A stretch of DNA of 64,000 nucleotides from Octopus vulgaris (lineage: Eukaryota). Positions 41,001 through 53,076 of this stretch are shown here, piece after piece; the first letter of the stretch is position 1; every line of letters starts with the position of its first letter. A program made the position numbers and the translations under genes. Below the pieces are notes generated by a model. That model had not been told where the DNA came from and made no database searches. It saw nothing but the letters and a program-made list of their open reading frames with translations. The stretch is from the NCBI GenBank assembly GCA_951406725.2, contig OX597815.1, forward strand, positions 211,854,001 to 211,918,000. The letters are read 5' to 3'.

Positions 41001-41412
41001 CGCATAGTCAGTATGTTGATATTTTTACAGTAATTGCTTTACTAGTTTCCGTTGACTGGCAAATATATGGTCGCGCACATAAACACGCACGAATTTACAT
41101 GAATCTACATAATCATGAATTTATGCTTTATTTTTCTAAAAGGCATCGTTTAAAAATATTCATTATCAGTACTTTCCGAAATAAAAGGAATACGAGATTG
41201 TCAACATTCGAGCATGCAATCAGACGCGTAATCCATTGCGTTACAATGCTCTTAACTGTTAATGCTTGCGCGCTGATCTCTTTACTAACCTCTATTCGCT
41301 GCCAAAGACACAGATATGCGCTCGCGCTGACACACACACACACACACACACGCGCAAACAATTAACGTGCATAGGTATAATAATGAATATATGCTTTAAT
41401 TTCTAAAATATC

Positions 41413-42222
<810 letters not shown>

Positions 42223-42663
42223 AAAATATTTATCAGCACTACCTTCCCAACAAAATGTTTCTGAAATAAATTAAATACGATGCAGGATTCGAACCTGCCA
42301 GGATTCGAACCCTGGAATCTTCTGATGCGTTATCTATCTGGCCACATAATAATCGACCCTACTTATCAGCTAGTTTTGTTACTAAGTCCTGTTGTGCACA
42401 AGCAAAGGAAGCGACACCATTGCGTACACGCACGTGCGCGCGCACACACACATACACTCACACACGGACGGACACACACACACGAACACATGATTATATG
42501 AATTTCTGAAATACATCAATAAGATGTGCGCGCGCTGACGAACATACAAACAATTAACGTGCATACTTATAATTATTCATATATGCTTTAATTTTTTAAA
42601 TGTAAAGTGTAAAATATTCATTAGCACGACTTTCCCTCAAATGTTACTGAAATAAAACGAATA

Positions 42664-42736
42664 CGAGCTTGCCAGGATTCGAACTTGGAATCTTCTGATC
42701 CGTAGTCAGACGCGTTATCCATTGCGCCACAAGCCC
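42664..42736 (-). tRNA. trnR-ACG: tRNA-Arg(ACG), G52A variant
   Basis: One T-stem mismatch (A52-C62). Confidence 0.78.
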
Positions 42737-43749
42737 TCACTAGATATTCAATCGCTAGGTATATTCTAATTTCTTTATTGACTAACTCCTGCTGTTGACA
42801 TACCCAGAAACAAACACACCTGCATGCGAGCGAACTCACTCACACACACACACACACACACACACACTCGCACGCACGCACGCACACACACATGCACACT
42901 CTCACGCGATTATATAAATTTCTGAAATATATCAACATAAAACTTATTGACACCACTTTCCCAGATGCTTCTGAAATAAAACAAGGATTTTGCCAGGATT
43001 AGATTCTGGAATCTTCTCTCTTGTAATCAGGCGCGTTGTCCGTTGTGTCATGGAAGCTCAGGTAGTCAGTGGCTGTGACTGTCAAAGATTGTACCTGTGC
43101 TCGAATAGCTTTGATTTCTGAAATGTATCATCTAAAATATTTATTAGCACTACTTTGCCCTAAAATATTACCGTAATAAAATGTATGCGAGCTTCCTACG
43201 ATTTGAACTTCGCATTTTTTGATGAGTAGTCAGAGACGTAATCCATTGCGTCGTACACAATACACGCTAATGATTGCATAATTTAGACGCGTTATGCATA
43301 GTGCCCCAGGGTCTCGCGTAGTCAGTAGTTGATGCTTATGAAGGAATTCTTTTACTTTCATTGCCCGTCAAAGACAGGACGCACCTGAAGGCTCGCACAA
43401 ATATACGTGCATACGTATAATCATGAATATATGCTTTCATTTCTGAAATGCATCGTCTAAAAGAACTACGTACCCAAATGTTTTTAAAATAAAATTAATG
43501 TGGACATGTCAGGATTCGAAACCGGAATCTTCTGACCCATACAAAAAACCTGTAATACATATCGGCAGTTAGTAATTATGCAGTAATCTTTTGCTAACTT
43601 TTATTTATTGTCATCAACACAGATATGAACACGCGCTGACACAGACTCAGAAACATATACATGCATACGTACAATCATTAGATGCATAAATTTCAGATAT
43701 ACATCATAGAAAATATTCACTACCCCAGCTTTCAGAGATAAAATCATTA

Positions 43750-43822
43750 CGAGCTCACCAGGATTCGAACCAGGAATCTTCTGATCCGTAGTCAGACGCG
43801 TTATCCATTGCGCCACAAGCCC
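43750..43822 (-). tRNA. trnR-ACG: tRNA-Arg(ACG), U66/G67 class plus A51U
   Basis: Three acceptor-stem wobbles and one T-stem mismatch; function doubtful. Confidence 0.65.
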
Positions 43823-43921
43823 TACGCTTAATAAACATTCCTACTTATTCCTAATTTCTTTACTGCCTAACTCTTGTTGTAGACAAAGATACAGACACAC
43901 ATGCGAGCACTCACGGACAGC

Positions 43922-43962
<41 letters not shown>

Positions 43963-44691
43963 ATACACACTCGTCAAAGGCGTCCTGTTTTGCCAGAGCT
44001 CGCACACAGAATCTTCTGCTCCGTAATTAGACGTAATTAGGGTTTCGCATAGTCATTAGTATGACGTGTATTCAGCTGAATAAAATTACTGCCATTGTTT
44101 GTCAACAACAACTATCGGCGGTGTATATTTCGTCTGTCACTGTTATTTATGACAACCCTAACCCTAAAACCTTAATCCTAACCCTAAAACACTAACCCTA
44201 ACGCCCTAATCCTAACCCTAAACCCCTAAAACCTTAAAGCTAAAACCAGTACAAACGCACGAACGATGATGCTTATGAAGGAATTCTTTTACTTTCATTG
44301 CCTGCCAGAGAAAGGCAAACATGCGCGTGAAGGCTCGCACGAATATACGTTCATGCGTATAATCTTGATGGCATGCTTTCAATTCTGAAATACATCATCT
44401 AAAATAATCATTAGTACAACGTACCAAATGTTTTCAAAATAAAATGAATATGAACATATCAGGATTCGAACCCGGAATCTTCTGACCTGTACGAAAACGT
44501 GTAATGCATTGCTCTGTTGGGAGTTACTACTTACTCACTCATCTTTCTGCCAATCTTTATTTACTGTCAACAACACAGATATGCACAGTTGCTGATACTC
44601 ACTCAAAAATATATAAGTGCATGCATATAATCACCAGATGTATAAATTCCACATCATAAAAATATTCACTTCCCGAGATATAAAACGATTA

Positions 44692-44764
44692 CGAGCTTGC
44701 CAGGATTCGAACCTGGAATCTTCTGATCCGTAGTCAGACGCGTTATCCATTGCGCCACAAGCCC
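44692..44764 (-). tRNA. trnR-ACG: tRNA-Arg(ACG), consensus
   Basis: Exact consensus. Confidence 0.95.
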
Positions 44765-44892
44765 TACGTTTACCAAACGTTCCAACTTATCTCCTAATGT
44801 CTTTACTGCCTAACACCTGTTGTAGACAAAGATACTGACACACCTGCGGTCACTCACAGACACGGACACCCAAACACACACACACAGACACA

Positions 44893-44928
<36 letters not shown>

Positions 44929-45033
44929 GAAACATACACTCGTGCACACACTTGGTTACATTATCTTCAGATATTCACCAACAAAAATATCATTAGCACC
45001 AATTTCCCCCATGTTTCTGAAATAAGATGCATC

Positions 45034-45079
45034 CGATCTCCCCAGGGTTCGAACCTGGAATCCATTGCGCCACAAGCCC
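45034..45079 (-). pseudogene. tRNA-Arg relic with 27-nt deletion removing the anticodon arm
   Basis: GGAATC joined to CATTGCG at an ATC microhomology; repeated at 49252 and 52690. Confidence 0.85.
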
Positions 45080-45212
45080 TCGGTATAACAACGGTTACTC
45101 CGTATACTCTAACTTATCTACTGACCCTTGTTGTTGACGTTGAAAACTGCCGTTCAAAAGGAAAAGATCCAAAATACTCACTACCCCAACTTCATGAGAT
45201 ATAAAACGATTA

Positions 45213-45285
45213 CGAGCTTGCCAAGATTCGAACCTGGAATCTTCTGATCCGTAGTCAGACGCGTTATCCATTGCACCACAAGCCC
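45213..45285 (-). tRNA. trnR-ACG: tRNA-Arg(ACG), C11U and C62U (both wobble-compatible)
   Basis: First copy of inner array 1. Confidence 0.8.
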
Positions 45286-45418
45286 TCGGTATAACAACGG
45301 TTACTCCGTATACTCTAACTTATCTACTGACCCTTGTTGTTGACGTTGAAAAGTGCCGTTCAAAAGGAAAAGATCCAAAATATTCACTACCCCAACTTCA
45401 TAAGATATAAAACGATTA

Positions 45419-45491
45419 CGAGCTTGCCAGGATTCGAACCTGGAATCTTCTGATCCGAAGTCAGACGCGTTATCCATTGCGCCACAAGCCC
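45419..45491 (-). tRNA. trnR-TCG: tRNA-Arg(TCG) on an ACG-type body
   Basis: Plus strand TGATCCGAAGTCAG = anticodon loop CT-TCG-GA; otherwise consensus. Confidence 0.88.
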
Positions 45492-45624
45492 TTGGTATAA
45501 CAACGGTTACTCCGTATACTCTAACTTATCTACTGACCCTTGTTGTTGACGTTGAAAAGTGCTGTTCAAAAGGAAAAGATCCAAAATATTCACTACCCCA
45601 ACTTCATAAGATATAAAACGATTA

Positions 45625-45697
45625 CGAGCTTGCCAGGATTCGAACCTGGAATCTTCTGATCCGAAGTCAGACGCGTTATCCATTGCGCCACAAGCCC
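45625..45697 (-). tRNA. trnR-TCG: tRNA-Arg(TCG) on an ACG-type body
   Basis: Same A34T change as 45419. Confidence 0.88.
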
Positions 45698-45830
45698 TCG
45701 GTATAACAACGGTTACTCCGTATACTCTAACTTATCTACTGACCCGTGTTGTTGACGTTGAAAACTGCCGTTCAAAAGGAAAACATCCAAAATATTCACT
45801 ACCCCAACTTCATGAGATATAAAACGATTA

Positions 45831-45903
45831 CGAGCTTGCCAGGATTCGAACCTGGAATCTTCTGATCCGTAGTCAGACGCGTTATCCATTGCGCCACAAG
45901 CCC
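45831..45903 (-). tRNA. trnR-ACG: tRNA-Arg(ACG), consensus
   Basis: Exact consensus. Confidence 0.95.
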
Positions 45904-46037
45904 TCGGTATAACAACGGTTACTCCGTATACTCTAACTTATCTACTGACCCGTGTTGTTGACGTTGAAAACTGCCGTTCAAAAGGAAAACATCCAAAATA
46001 TTCACTACCCCAACTTCATGAGATATAAAACGAATTA

Positions 46038-46110
46038 CGAGCTTGCCAGGATTCGAACCTGGAATCTTCTGATCCGTAGTCAGACGCGTTATCCATTGCG
46101 CCACAAGCCC
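46038..46110 (-). tRNA. trnR-ACG: tRNA-Arg(ACG), consensus
   Basis: Exact consensus. Confidence 0.95.
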
Positions 46111-46243
46111 TCGGTATAACAACGGTTACTCCGTATACTCTAACTTATCTACTGACCCTTGTTGTTGACGTTGAAAACTGCCGTTCAAAAGGAAAAGATC
46201 CAAAATATTCACTACCCCAACTTCATGAGATATAAAACGATTA

Positions 46244-46316
46244 CGAGCTTGCCAGGATTCGAACCTGGAATCTTCTGATCCGTAGTCAGACGCGTTATCC
46301 ATTGCGCCACAAGCCC
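46244..46316 (-). tRNA. trnR-ACG: tRNA-Arg(ACG), consensus
   Basis: Exact consensus. Confidence 0.95.
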
Positions 46317-46450
46317 TCGGTATAACAACGGTTACTCCGTATACTCTAACTTAACTACTGACTCGTGTTGTTGACGTTGAAAACTGACGTTCAAAAGGAA
46401 GAGCATCCAAAATATACACTACCCCAACTTCATGAGATATAAAACGATTA

Positions 46451-46523
46451 CGAGCTTGCCAGGATTCGAACCTGGAATCTACTGATCCGTAGTCAGACGT
46501 GTTATCCATTGCGACACAAGCCC
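46451..46523 (-). pseudogene. trnR-ACG: tRNA-Arg(ACG) with G10U, G24A, A43U; likely pseudogene
   Basis: Two D-stem mismatches and one anticodon-stem mismatch. Confidence 0.7.
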
Positions 46524-46657
46524 TCGGTATTACATCGTTTACTCCGTATACTCTAACTTAACTACTGACCCATGTTGTTGACGTTGAAAACTGCCGTTCA
46601 AAAGGAAAAACATCCAAAATATTCACTACCCCAACTTCATGAGATATAAAACGATTA

Positions 46658-46730
46658 CGAGCTTGCCAGGATTCGAACCTGGAATCTTCTGATCCGTAGT
46701 CAGACGCGTTATCCATTGCGCCACAAGCCC
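46658..46730 (-). tRNA. trnR-ACG: tRNA-Arg(ACG), consensus
   Basis: Exact consensus. Confidence 0.95.
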
Positions 46731-46863
46731 TCGGTATAACAACGGTTACTCCGTATACTCTAACTTATCTACTGACCCGTGTTGTTGACGTTGAAAACTG
46801 CCGTTCAAAAGGAAAAAATCCAAAATATTCACTACCCCAACTTCATGAGATATAAAACGATTA

Positions 46864-46936
46864 CGAGCTTGCCAGGATTCGAACCTGGAATCTTCTGATC
46901 CGTAGTCAGACGCGTTATCCATTGCGCCACAAGCCC
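46864..46936 (-). tRNA. trnR-ACG: tRNA-Arg(ACG), consensus
   Basis: Exact consensus; last of 9 in inner array 1. Confidence 0.95.
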
Positions 46937-47038
46937 TCACAAGATATTCAATCGCTAGGTATGTTCTAATTTCTTTATTGACAAACTCTTGCTGTTGACA
47001 TACCAAGAAGCAGCCACACCTGCATGTGAGTGAACTCA

Positions 47039-47101
<63 letters not shown>

Positions 47102-47944
47102 TCACACGCGATTATATAAATTTCTGAAATATATCAACATAAAACTTATTGACACCACTTTCCCAGATGTTTCTGAAATAAAACAAGGATTTTGCCAGGA
47201 TTAGTATATGCAATCTTCTGTCTCGTAATCAGGTGCGTTGTCCGTTTTGTCATGGGAGCTCAGGTAGTCAGTGGCTGTGACTGTCAAAGATTGTACCTGT
47301 GCTCGAATAGCTTTGATTTCTGAAATGTATCATCTAAAATATTTATTAGCACTACTTATCCCTAAAATATTACCGTAATAAAATGTATGCGAGCTTCCTA
47401 CGATTCGAACTTCGCATTTTTTGATGAGTAGTCAGAGACGTAATCCATTGCGTCGTACACAATACACGCTAATGATTGCATAATTTAGACGCGTTATGCA
47501 TAGTGTCCCAGGGTCGCATAGTGAGTAGTTGATGCTTATGAAGGAATTCTTTTACTTTCATTGCCTGTCAAAGACAGGCAAACACGCGCGTGAAGGCTCG
47601 CACAAATATACGTGCACACGTATAATCATGAATATATGCTTTCATTTCTGAAATGCATCGTCTAAAAGAACTACGTACCCAAATGTTTTTAAAATAAAAT
47701 TAATGTGGACATGTCAGGATTCGAAACCGGAATCTTCTGACCCATACAAAAAAACCTGTAATACATATCGGCAGTTAGTAATTACGCAGTAATCTTTTTG
47801 CTAACTTTTATTTATTGTCATCAACACGCGCTGACACAGACTCAGAAACGTATACATGCATACGTACAATCATTAGGTGCATAAATTTCAGATATACATC
47901 ATATAAAATATTCACTACCCCAGCTTTCAGAGATAAAATTATTA

Positions 47945-48017
47945 CGAGCTCACCAGGATTCGAACCTGGAATCTTCTGATCCGTAGTCAGACGCGTTATC
48001 CATTGCGCCACAAGCCC
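47945..48017 (-). tRNA. trnR-ACG: tRNA-Arg(ACG), U66/G67 class
   Basis: Acceptor 3' strand TGAGCTC; boxes intact. Confidence 0.75.
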
Positions 48018-48116
48018 TGCGCTTAACAAGCGTTCCTACTTATTCCTAATTTCTTTACTGCCTAACTCTTGTTGTAGACAAAGATACAGACACACATGCG
48101 AGCACTCACGGACAAC

Positions 48117-48173
<57 letters not shown>

Positions 48174-48907
48174 ACACACACTCGTCAAAGGCGTCCTGTT
48201 TTGCCAGAGCTCGCACACAGAATCTTCAGCTCCGTAATTAGACGTAATTAGGGTTTCGCATAGTCATTAGTATGACGTGTATTCAGCTGAATAAAATTAT
48301 TGCCATTGTTTGTCAACAACAACTATCGGCCGTGTATATTTCGTTTGTCACTGTTATTTATGACAACCCTAACCTAAAACCTTAATCCTAACCCTAAAAC
48401 CTTAACCCTAACCCTAAAGCCCTAACACTAACCCTAAAACCCTAAAACCTTAAAGCTAAAACCAGTAAAAACGCACGAACGATGATGCTTATGAAGGAAT
48501 TCTTTTACTTTCATTGCCTGCCAGAGAAAGGCAAACATGCGCGTGAAGGCTCGCACGAATATACGTTCATGCGTATAATCTTGATGGCATGCTTTCAATT
48601 CTGAAATACATCATCTAAAATAATCATTAGTACAACGTACCAAATGTTTTCAAAATAAAATGAATATGAACATATCAGGTTTCGAACCCGGAATCTTCTG
48701 ACCTGTACGAAAACGTGTAATGCATTGCTCTGTTGGGAGTTACTACTTACTCACTCATCTTTCTGCCAATCTTTATTTACTGTCAACAACACAGATATGC
48801 ACAGTTGCTGATACTCACTCAAAAATATATAAGTGCATGCATATAATCACCAGATCTATAAATTCCACATCATAAAAATATACACTTCCCGAGATATAAA
48901 ACGATTA

Positions 48908-48980
48908 CGAGCTTGCCAGGATTCGAACCTGGAATCTTCTGATCCGTAGTCAGACGCGTTATCCATTGCGCCACAAGCCC
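48908..48980 (-). tRNA. trnR-ACG: tRNA-Arg(ACG), consensus
   Basis: Exact consensus. Confidence 0.95.
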
Positions 48981-49108
48981 TACGTTTACCAAACGTCCCT
49001 ACTTATCTCCTAATGTCTTTACTGCCTAACACCTGTTGTAGACAAAGATACTGACACACCTGCGGTCACTCACACACACGGACACCCAAACACACACATA
49101 CAGACACA

Positions 49109-49145
<37 letters not shown>

Positions 49146-49251
49146 GCAAACATACACTCGTGTACACACTTGGTTACATTATCTTCAGATATTCACCAAC
49201 AAAAATATCATTAGCACCAATCTCCACCATGTTTCTGAAATAAGATGTATC

Positions 49252-49297
49252 CGATTTCCCCAGGGTTCGAACCTGGAATCCATTGCGCCACAAGCCC
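49252..49297 (-). pseudogene. tRNA-Arg relic lacking anticodon arm
   Basis: Same 27-nt deletion as 45034. Confidence 0.85.
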
Positions 49298-49431
49298 TCG
49301 GTATAACAACGGTTACTCCGTATACTCTAGCTTATCTACTGACCCGTGTTGTTGACGTTGAAAACTGCCGTTCAAAAGGAAAAACATCCAAAATATTCAC
49401 TACCCCAACTTCATGAGATATAAAACGAATA

Positions 49432-49504
49432 CGAGCTTGCCAGGATTCGAACCTGGAATCTTCTAATCCGTAGTCAGACGCGTTATCCATTGCGCCACAA
49501 GCCC
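49432..49504 (-). tRNA. trnR-ACG: tRNA-Arg(ACG), C40U (G30-U40 wobble)
   Basis: One substitution; first of inner array 2. Confidence 0.85.
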
Positions 49505-49638
49505 TCGGTATAACAATGGTTACTCCGTATACTCTACCTTATCTACTGACCCTTTTTGTTGACGTTGAAAACTGCCGTTCAAAAGGAAAAAATTCCAAAA
49601 TATTCACTACCCCAACTTCATGAGATATAAAACGAATG

Positions 49639-49711
49639 CGAGCTTGCCAGGATTCGATCCTGGAATCTTCTGATCCGTAGTCAGACGCGTTATCCATTGC
49701 GCCACAAGCCC
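49639..49711 (-). tRNA. trnR-ACG: tRNA-Arg(ACG), T54A variant
   Basis: T-loop reads ATCGAAT. Confidence 0.75.
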
Positions 49712-49844
49712 TCGGTATAACAACGGTTACTCCGTATACTCTAACTTATCTACTGACCCTTCTGTTGACGTTGAAAACTGCCGTTCAAAAGGAAAAACAT
49801 CCAAAATATTCACTACCCCAACTTCATGAGATATAAAACGAATA

Positions 49845-49917
49845 CGAGCTTGCCAGGATTCGAACCTGGAGTCTTCTGATCCGTAGTCAGACGCGTTATC
49901 CATTGCGCCACAAGCCC
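49845..49917 (-). tRNA. trnR-ACG: tRNA-Arg(ACG), U47C variant
   Basis: Single variable-loop change. Confidence 0.92.
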
Positions 49918-50050
49918 TCGGTATGACAACGGTTACTCCGTATACTCTAACTTATCTACTGACCCGTGTTGTTGAAGTTGAAAACTGCCGTTCAAAAGGA
50001 AAAAGATCCAAAATATTCACTACCCGACTTCATGAGATATAAAACGATTA

Positions 50051-50123
50051 CGAGCTTGCCAGGATTCGAACCTGGAATCTTCTGATCCGTAGTCAGACGC
50101 GTTATCCATTGCGCCACAAGCCC
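50051..50123 (-). tRNA. trnR-ACG: tRNA-Arg(ACG), consensus
   Basis: Exact consensus. Confidence 0.95.
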
Positions 50124-50256
50124 TCGGTATAACAACGGTTACTCCGTATACTCTAACTTATCTACTGACCCGTGTGTTGACGTTGAAAACTGCCGTTCAA
50201 AAGGAAAAAGATCCGAAATATTCACTACCCCAACTTCATGAGATATAAAACGATTA

Positions 50257-50329
50257 CGAGCTTGCCAGGATTCGAACCTGGAATCTTCTGATCCGTAGTC
50301 AGACGCGTTATCCATTGCGCCACAAGCCC
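50257..50329 (-). tRNA. trnR-ACG: tRNA-Arg(ACG), consensus
   Basis: Exact consensus; last of 5 in inner array 2. Confidence 0.95.
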
Positions 50330-50428
50330 TCGATATTCAATCGCTAGGTATCCGTATACTCTAATTTCCGTGACTAACCCTCTGTTGACATACCAAGAAA
50401 CAGACACACCTGCATGCGAGCGAACTCA

Positions 50429-50477
<49 letters not shown>

Positions 50478-51347
50478 ACACACACACACACGCACACTCA
50501 CACGCACGCGATTATATAAATTTCTGAAATATATCAACATAAAACTTATTGACACCACTTTCCCAGATGCTTCTGAAATAAAACGCACGGATTTTGCCAG
50601 GATTAGTATATGCAATCTTCTGTCTCGTAATCAGGCGCGTTGTCCGTTTTGTCACGGGAGCTCAGGCAGTCAGTGGCTGTGACTGTCAAAGATTGTACCT
50701 GTGCTCGAATAGCTTTGATTTCTGAAATGTATCATCTAAAATATTTATTAGCACTACTTTGCCCTAAAATATTACCGTAATAAAATGTATACGAGCTTCC
50801 TACGATTCGAACTTCGCATCTTTTGATGGGTAGTCAGAGTCGTAATCCATTGCGTCGTACACAATACACGCTAATGATTGCATAATTTAGACGCGTTATG
50901 CATAGTGTCCCAGGGTCTCGCATAGTGAGTAGTTGATGCTTATGAAGGAATTCTTTTACTTTCATTGCCTGTCAAAGACAGGAAAACACGCGCGTGAAGG
51001 CTCGCACAAATATACGTGCATAAGTATAATTATGAATATATGCTTTCATTTCTGAAATGCATCGTCTAAAAGAACTACGTACCCAAATGTTTTTAAAATA
51101 AAATTAATGTGGACATGTCAGGATTCGAAACCGGAATCTTCTGACCCATACAAAAAAACCTGTAATACATATCGGCAGTTAGTAATTATGCAGTAATCTT
51201 TTGCTAACTTTTATTTATTGTCATCAACACGCGCTGACACAGACACAGAAACATATACATGCATACGTACAATCATTAGGTGCATAAATTTCAGATATAC
51301 ATCATAGAAAACATTCACTACCCCAGCTTTCAGAGATAAAATTATTA

Positions 51348-51420
51348 CGAGCTCACCAGGATTCGAACCTGGAATCTTCTGATCCGTAGTCAGACGCGTT
51401 ATCCATTGCGCCACAAGCCC
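51348..51420 (-). tRNA. trnR-ACG: tRNA-Arg(ACG), U66/G67 class
   Basis: Same as 47945. Confidence 0.75.
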
Positions 51421-51519
51421 TACGCTTAATAAACATTCCTACTTATTCCTAATTTCTTTACTGCCTAACTCTTGTTATAGACAAAGATACAGACACACAT
51501 GCGAGCACTCACGGACAGC

Positions 51520-51570
<51 letters not shown>

Positions 51571-52006
51571 ACACACACACACACACATACACATACACAC
51601 TCGTCAAAGGCGTCCTGTTTTGCCAAAGCTCGCACACAGAATCTTCTGCTCCGTAATTAGACGTAATTAGGGTTTCGCATAGTCATTAGTATGACGTGTA
51701 TTCAGCTGAATAAAATTACTGCCATTGTTTGTCAACAACAACTATCGGCCGTGTATATTTCGTTTGTCACTGTTATTTATGACAACCCTAACCCTAAAAC
51801 CTTAATCCTAACCCTAAAACACTAACCCTAACGCCCTAATCCTAACCCTAAAACCCTAAAACCTTAAAGCTAAAACCAGTACAAACGCACGAACGATGAT
51901 GCTTATGAAGGAATTCTTTTACTTTCATTGCCTGCCAGAGAAAGGCAAACATGCGCGTGAAGGCTCGCACGAATATACGTGCACACGTATAATCTTGATG
52001 GCATGC

Positions 52007-52034
52007 GGTTAATATATAGATCTATATATTAACC
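52007..52034. mobile_element. 28-bp perfect palindrome with 8-bp flanking duplication (minimal DNA-transposon derivative)
   Basis: GGTTAATATATAGATCTATATATTAACC flanked by TGGCATGC / TGACATGC; absent from the paralogous sites near 44370 and 48586. Confidence 0.6.
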
Positions 52035-52357
52035 TGACATGCTTTCATTTCTGAAATACATCATCTAAAATAATCATTAGTACAACGTACCAAATATTTT
52101 CAAAATAAAATGAATATGAACATATCAGGATTCGAACCCGGAATCTTCTGACCTGTACGAAAACGTGTAATGCATTGCTCTGTTGGGAGTTACTACTTAC
52201 TCACTCATCGTTCTGCCAATCTTTATTTACTGTCAACAACACAGATATGCACAGTTGCTGATACTCACTCAAAAATATATAAGTGCATGCATATAATCAC
52301 CAGATGTATAAATTCCACATCATAAAAATATTCACTTCCCGAGATATAAAACGATTA

Positions 52358-52430
52358 CGAGCTTGCCAGGATTCGAACCTGGAATCTTCTGATCCGTAGT
52401 CAGACGCGTTATCCATTGCGCCACAAGCCC
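52358..52430 (-). tRNA. trnR-ACG: tRNA-Arg(ACG), consensus
   Basis: Exact consensus. Confidence 0.95.
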
Positions 52431-52689
52431 TACGTAAACCAAACGTTCCTACTTATCTCCTAATGTCTTTACTGCCTTTACTGTATCTTTGGTAGACAAA
52501 GATACTGACACACCTGCGGTCACTCACAAACACGGACACCCAAACACTCACACACAGACACACACACGCACACACACACACAAACAAACATACACTCATG
52601 TACACACTTGGTTACATTATCTTCAGATATTCACCAACAAAAATATCATTAGCACCAATCTCCACCATGTTTCTGAAATAAGATGCATC

Positions 52690-52735
52690 CGATTTCCCCA
52701 GGGTTCGAACCTGGAATCCATTGCGCCACAAGCCC
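52690..52735 (-). pseudogene. tRNA-Arg relic lacking anticodon arm
   Basis: Same 27-nt deletion as 45034. Confidence 0.85.
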
Positions 52736-52869
52736 TCGGTATAACAACGGTTACTCCGTATACTCTAACTTATCTACTGACCCATGTTGTTGACGTTGAA
52801 AACTGCCGTTCAAAAGGAAAAACATCCAAAATATTCACTACCCCAACTTCATGAGATATAAAACGAATG

Positions 52870-52942
52870 CGAGCTTGCCAGGATTCGAACCTGGAATCTT
52901 CTGATCCGTAGTCAGACGCGTTATCCATTGCGCCACAAGCCC
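52870..52942 (-). tRNA. trnR-ACG: tRNA-Arg(ACG), consensus
   Basis: Exact consensus. Confidence 0.95.
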
Positions 52943-53076
52943 TCGGTATAACAACGGTTACTCCGTATACTCTAACTTATCTACTGACCCATGTTGTTGA
53001 CGTTGAAAACTGCCGTTCAAAAGGAAAAACATCCAAAATATTCACTACCCCAACTTCATGAGATATAAAACGAATA

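Noticed and set aside
44155-44245. Interstitial telomere or chromosome-fusion scar (also ~48366, ~51786, ~35756, ~54520)
   Set aside because: Degenerate CCCTAA tracts sit inside MITE sequence and were copied with the repeat units.
45080-46936. CRISPR-like regular array
   Set aside because: The repeat is a 73-nt tRNA gene and the spacers are near-identical to each other; eukaryotic context and no cas genes.
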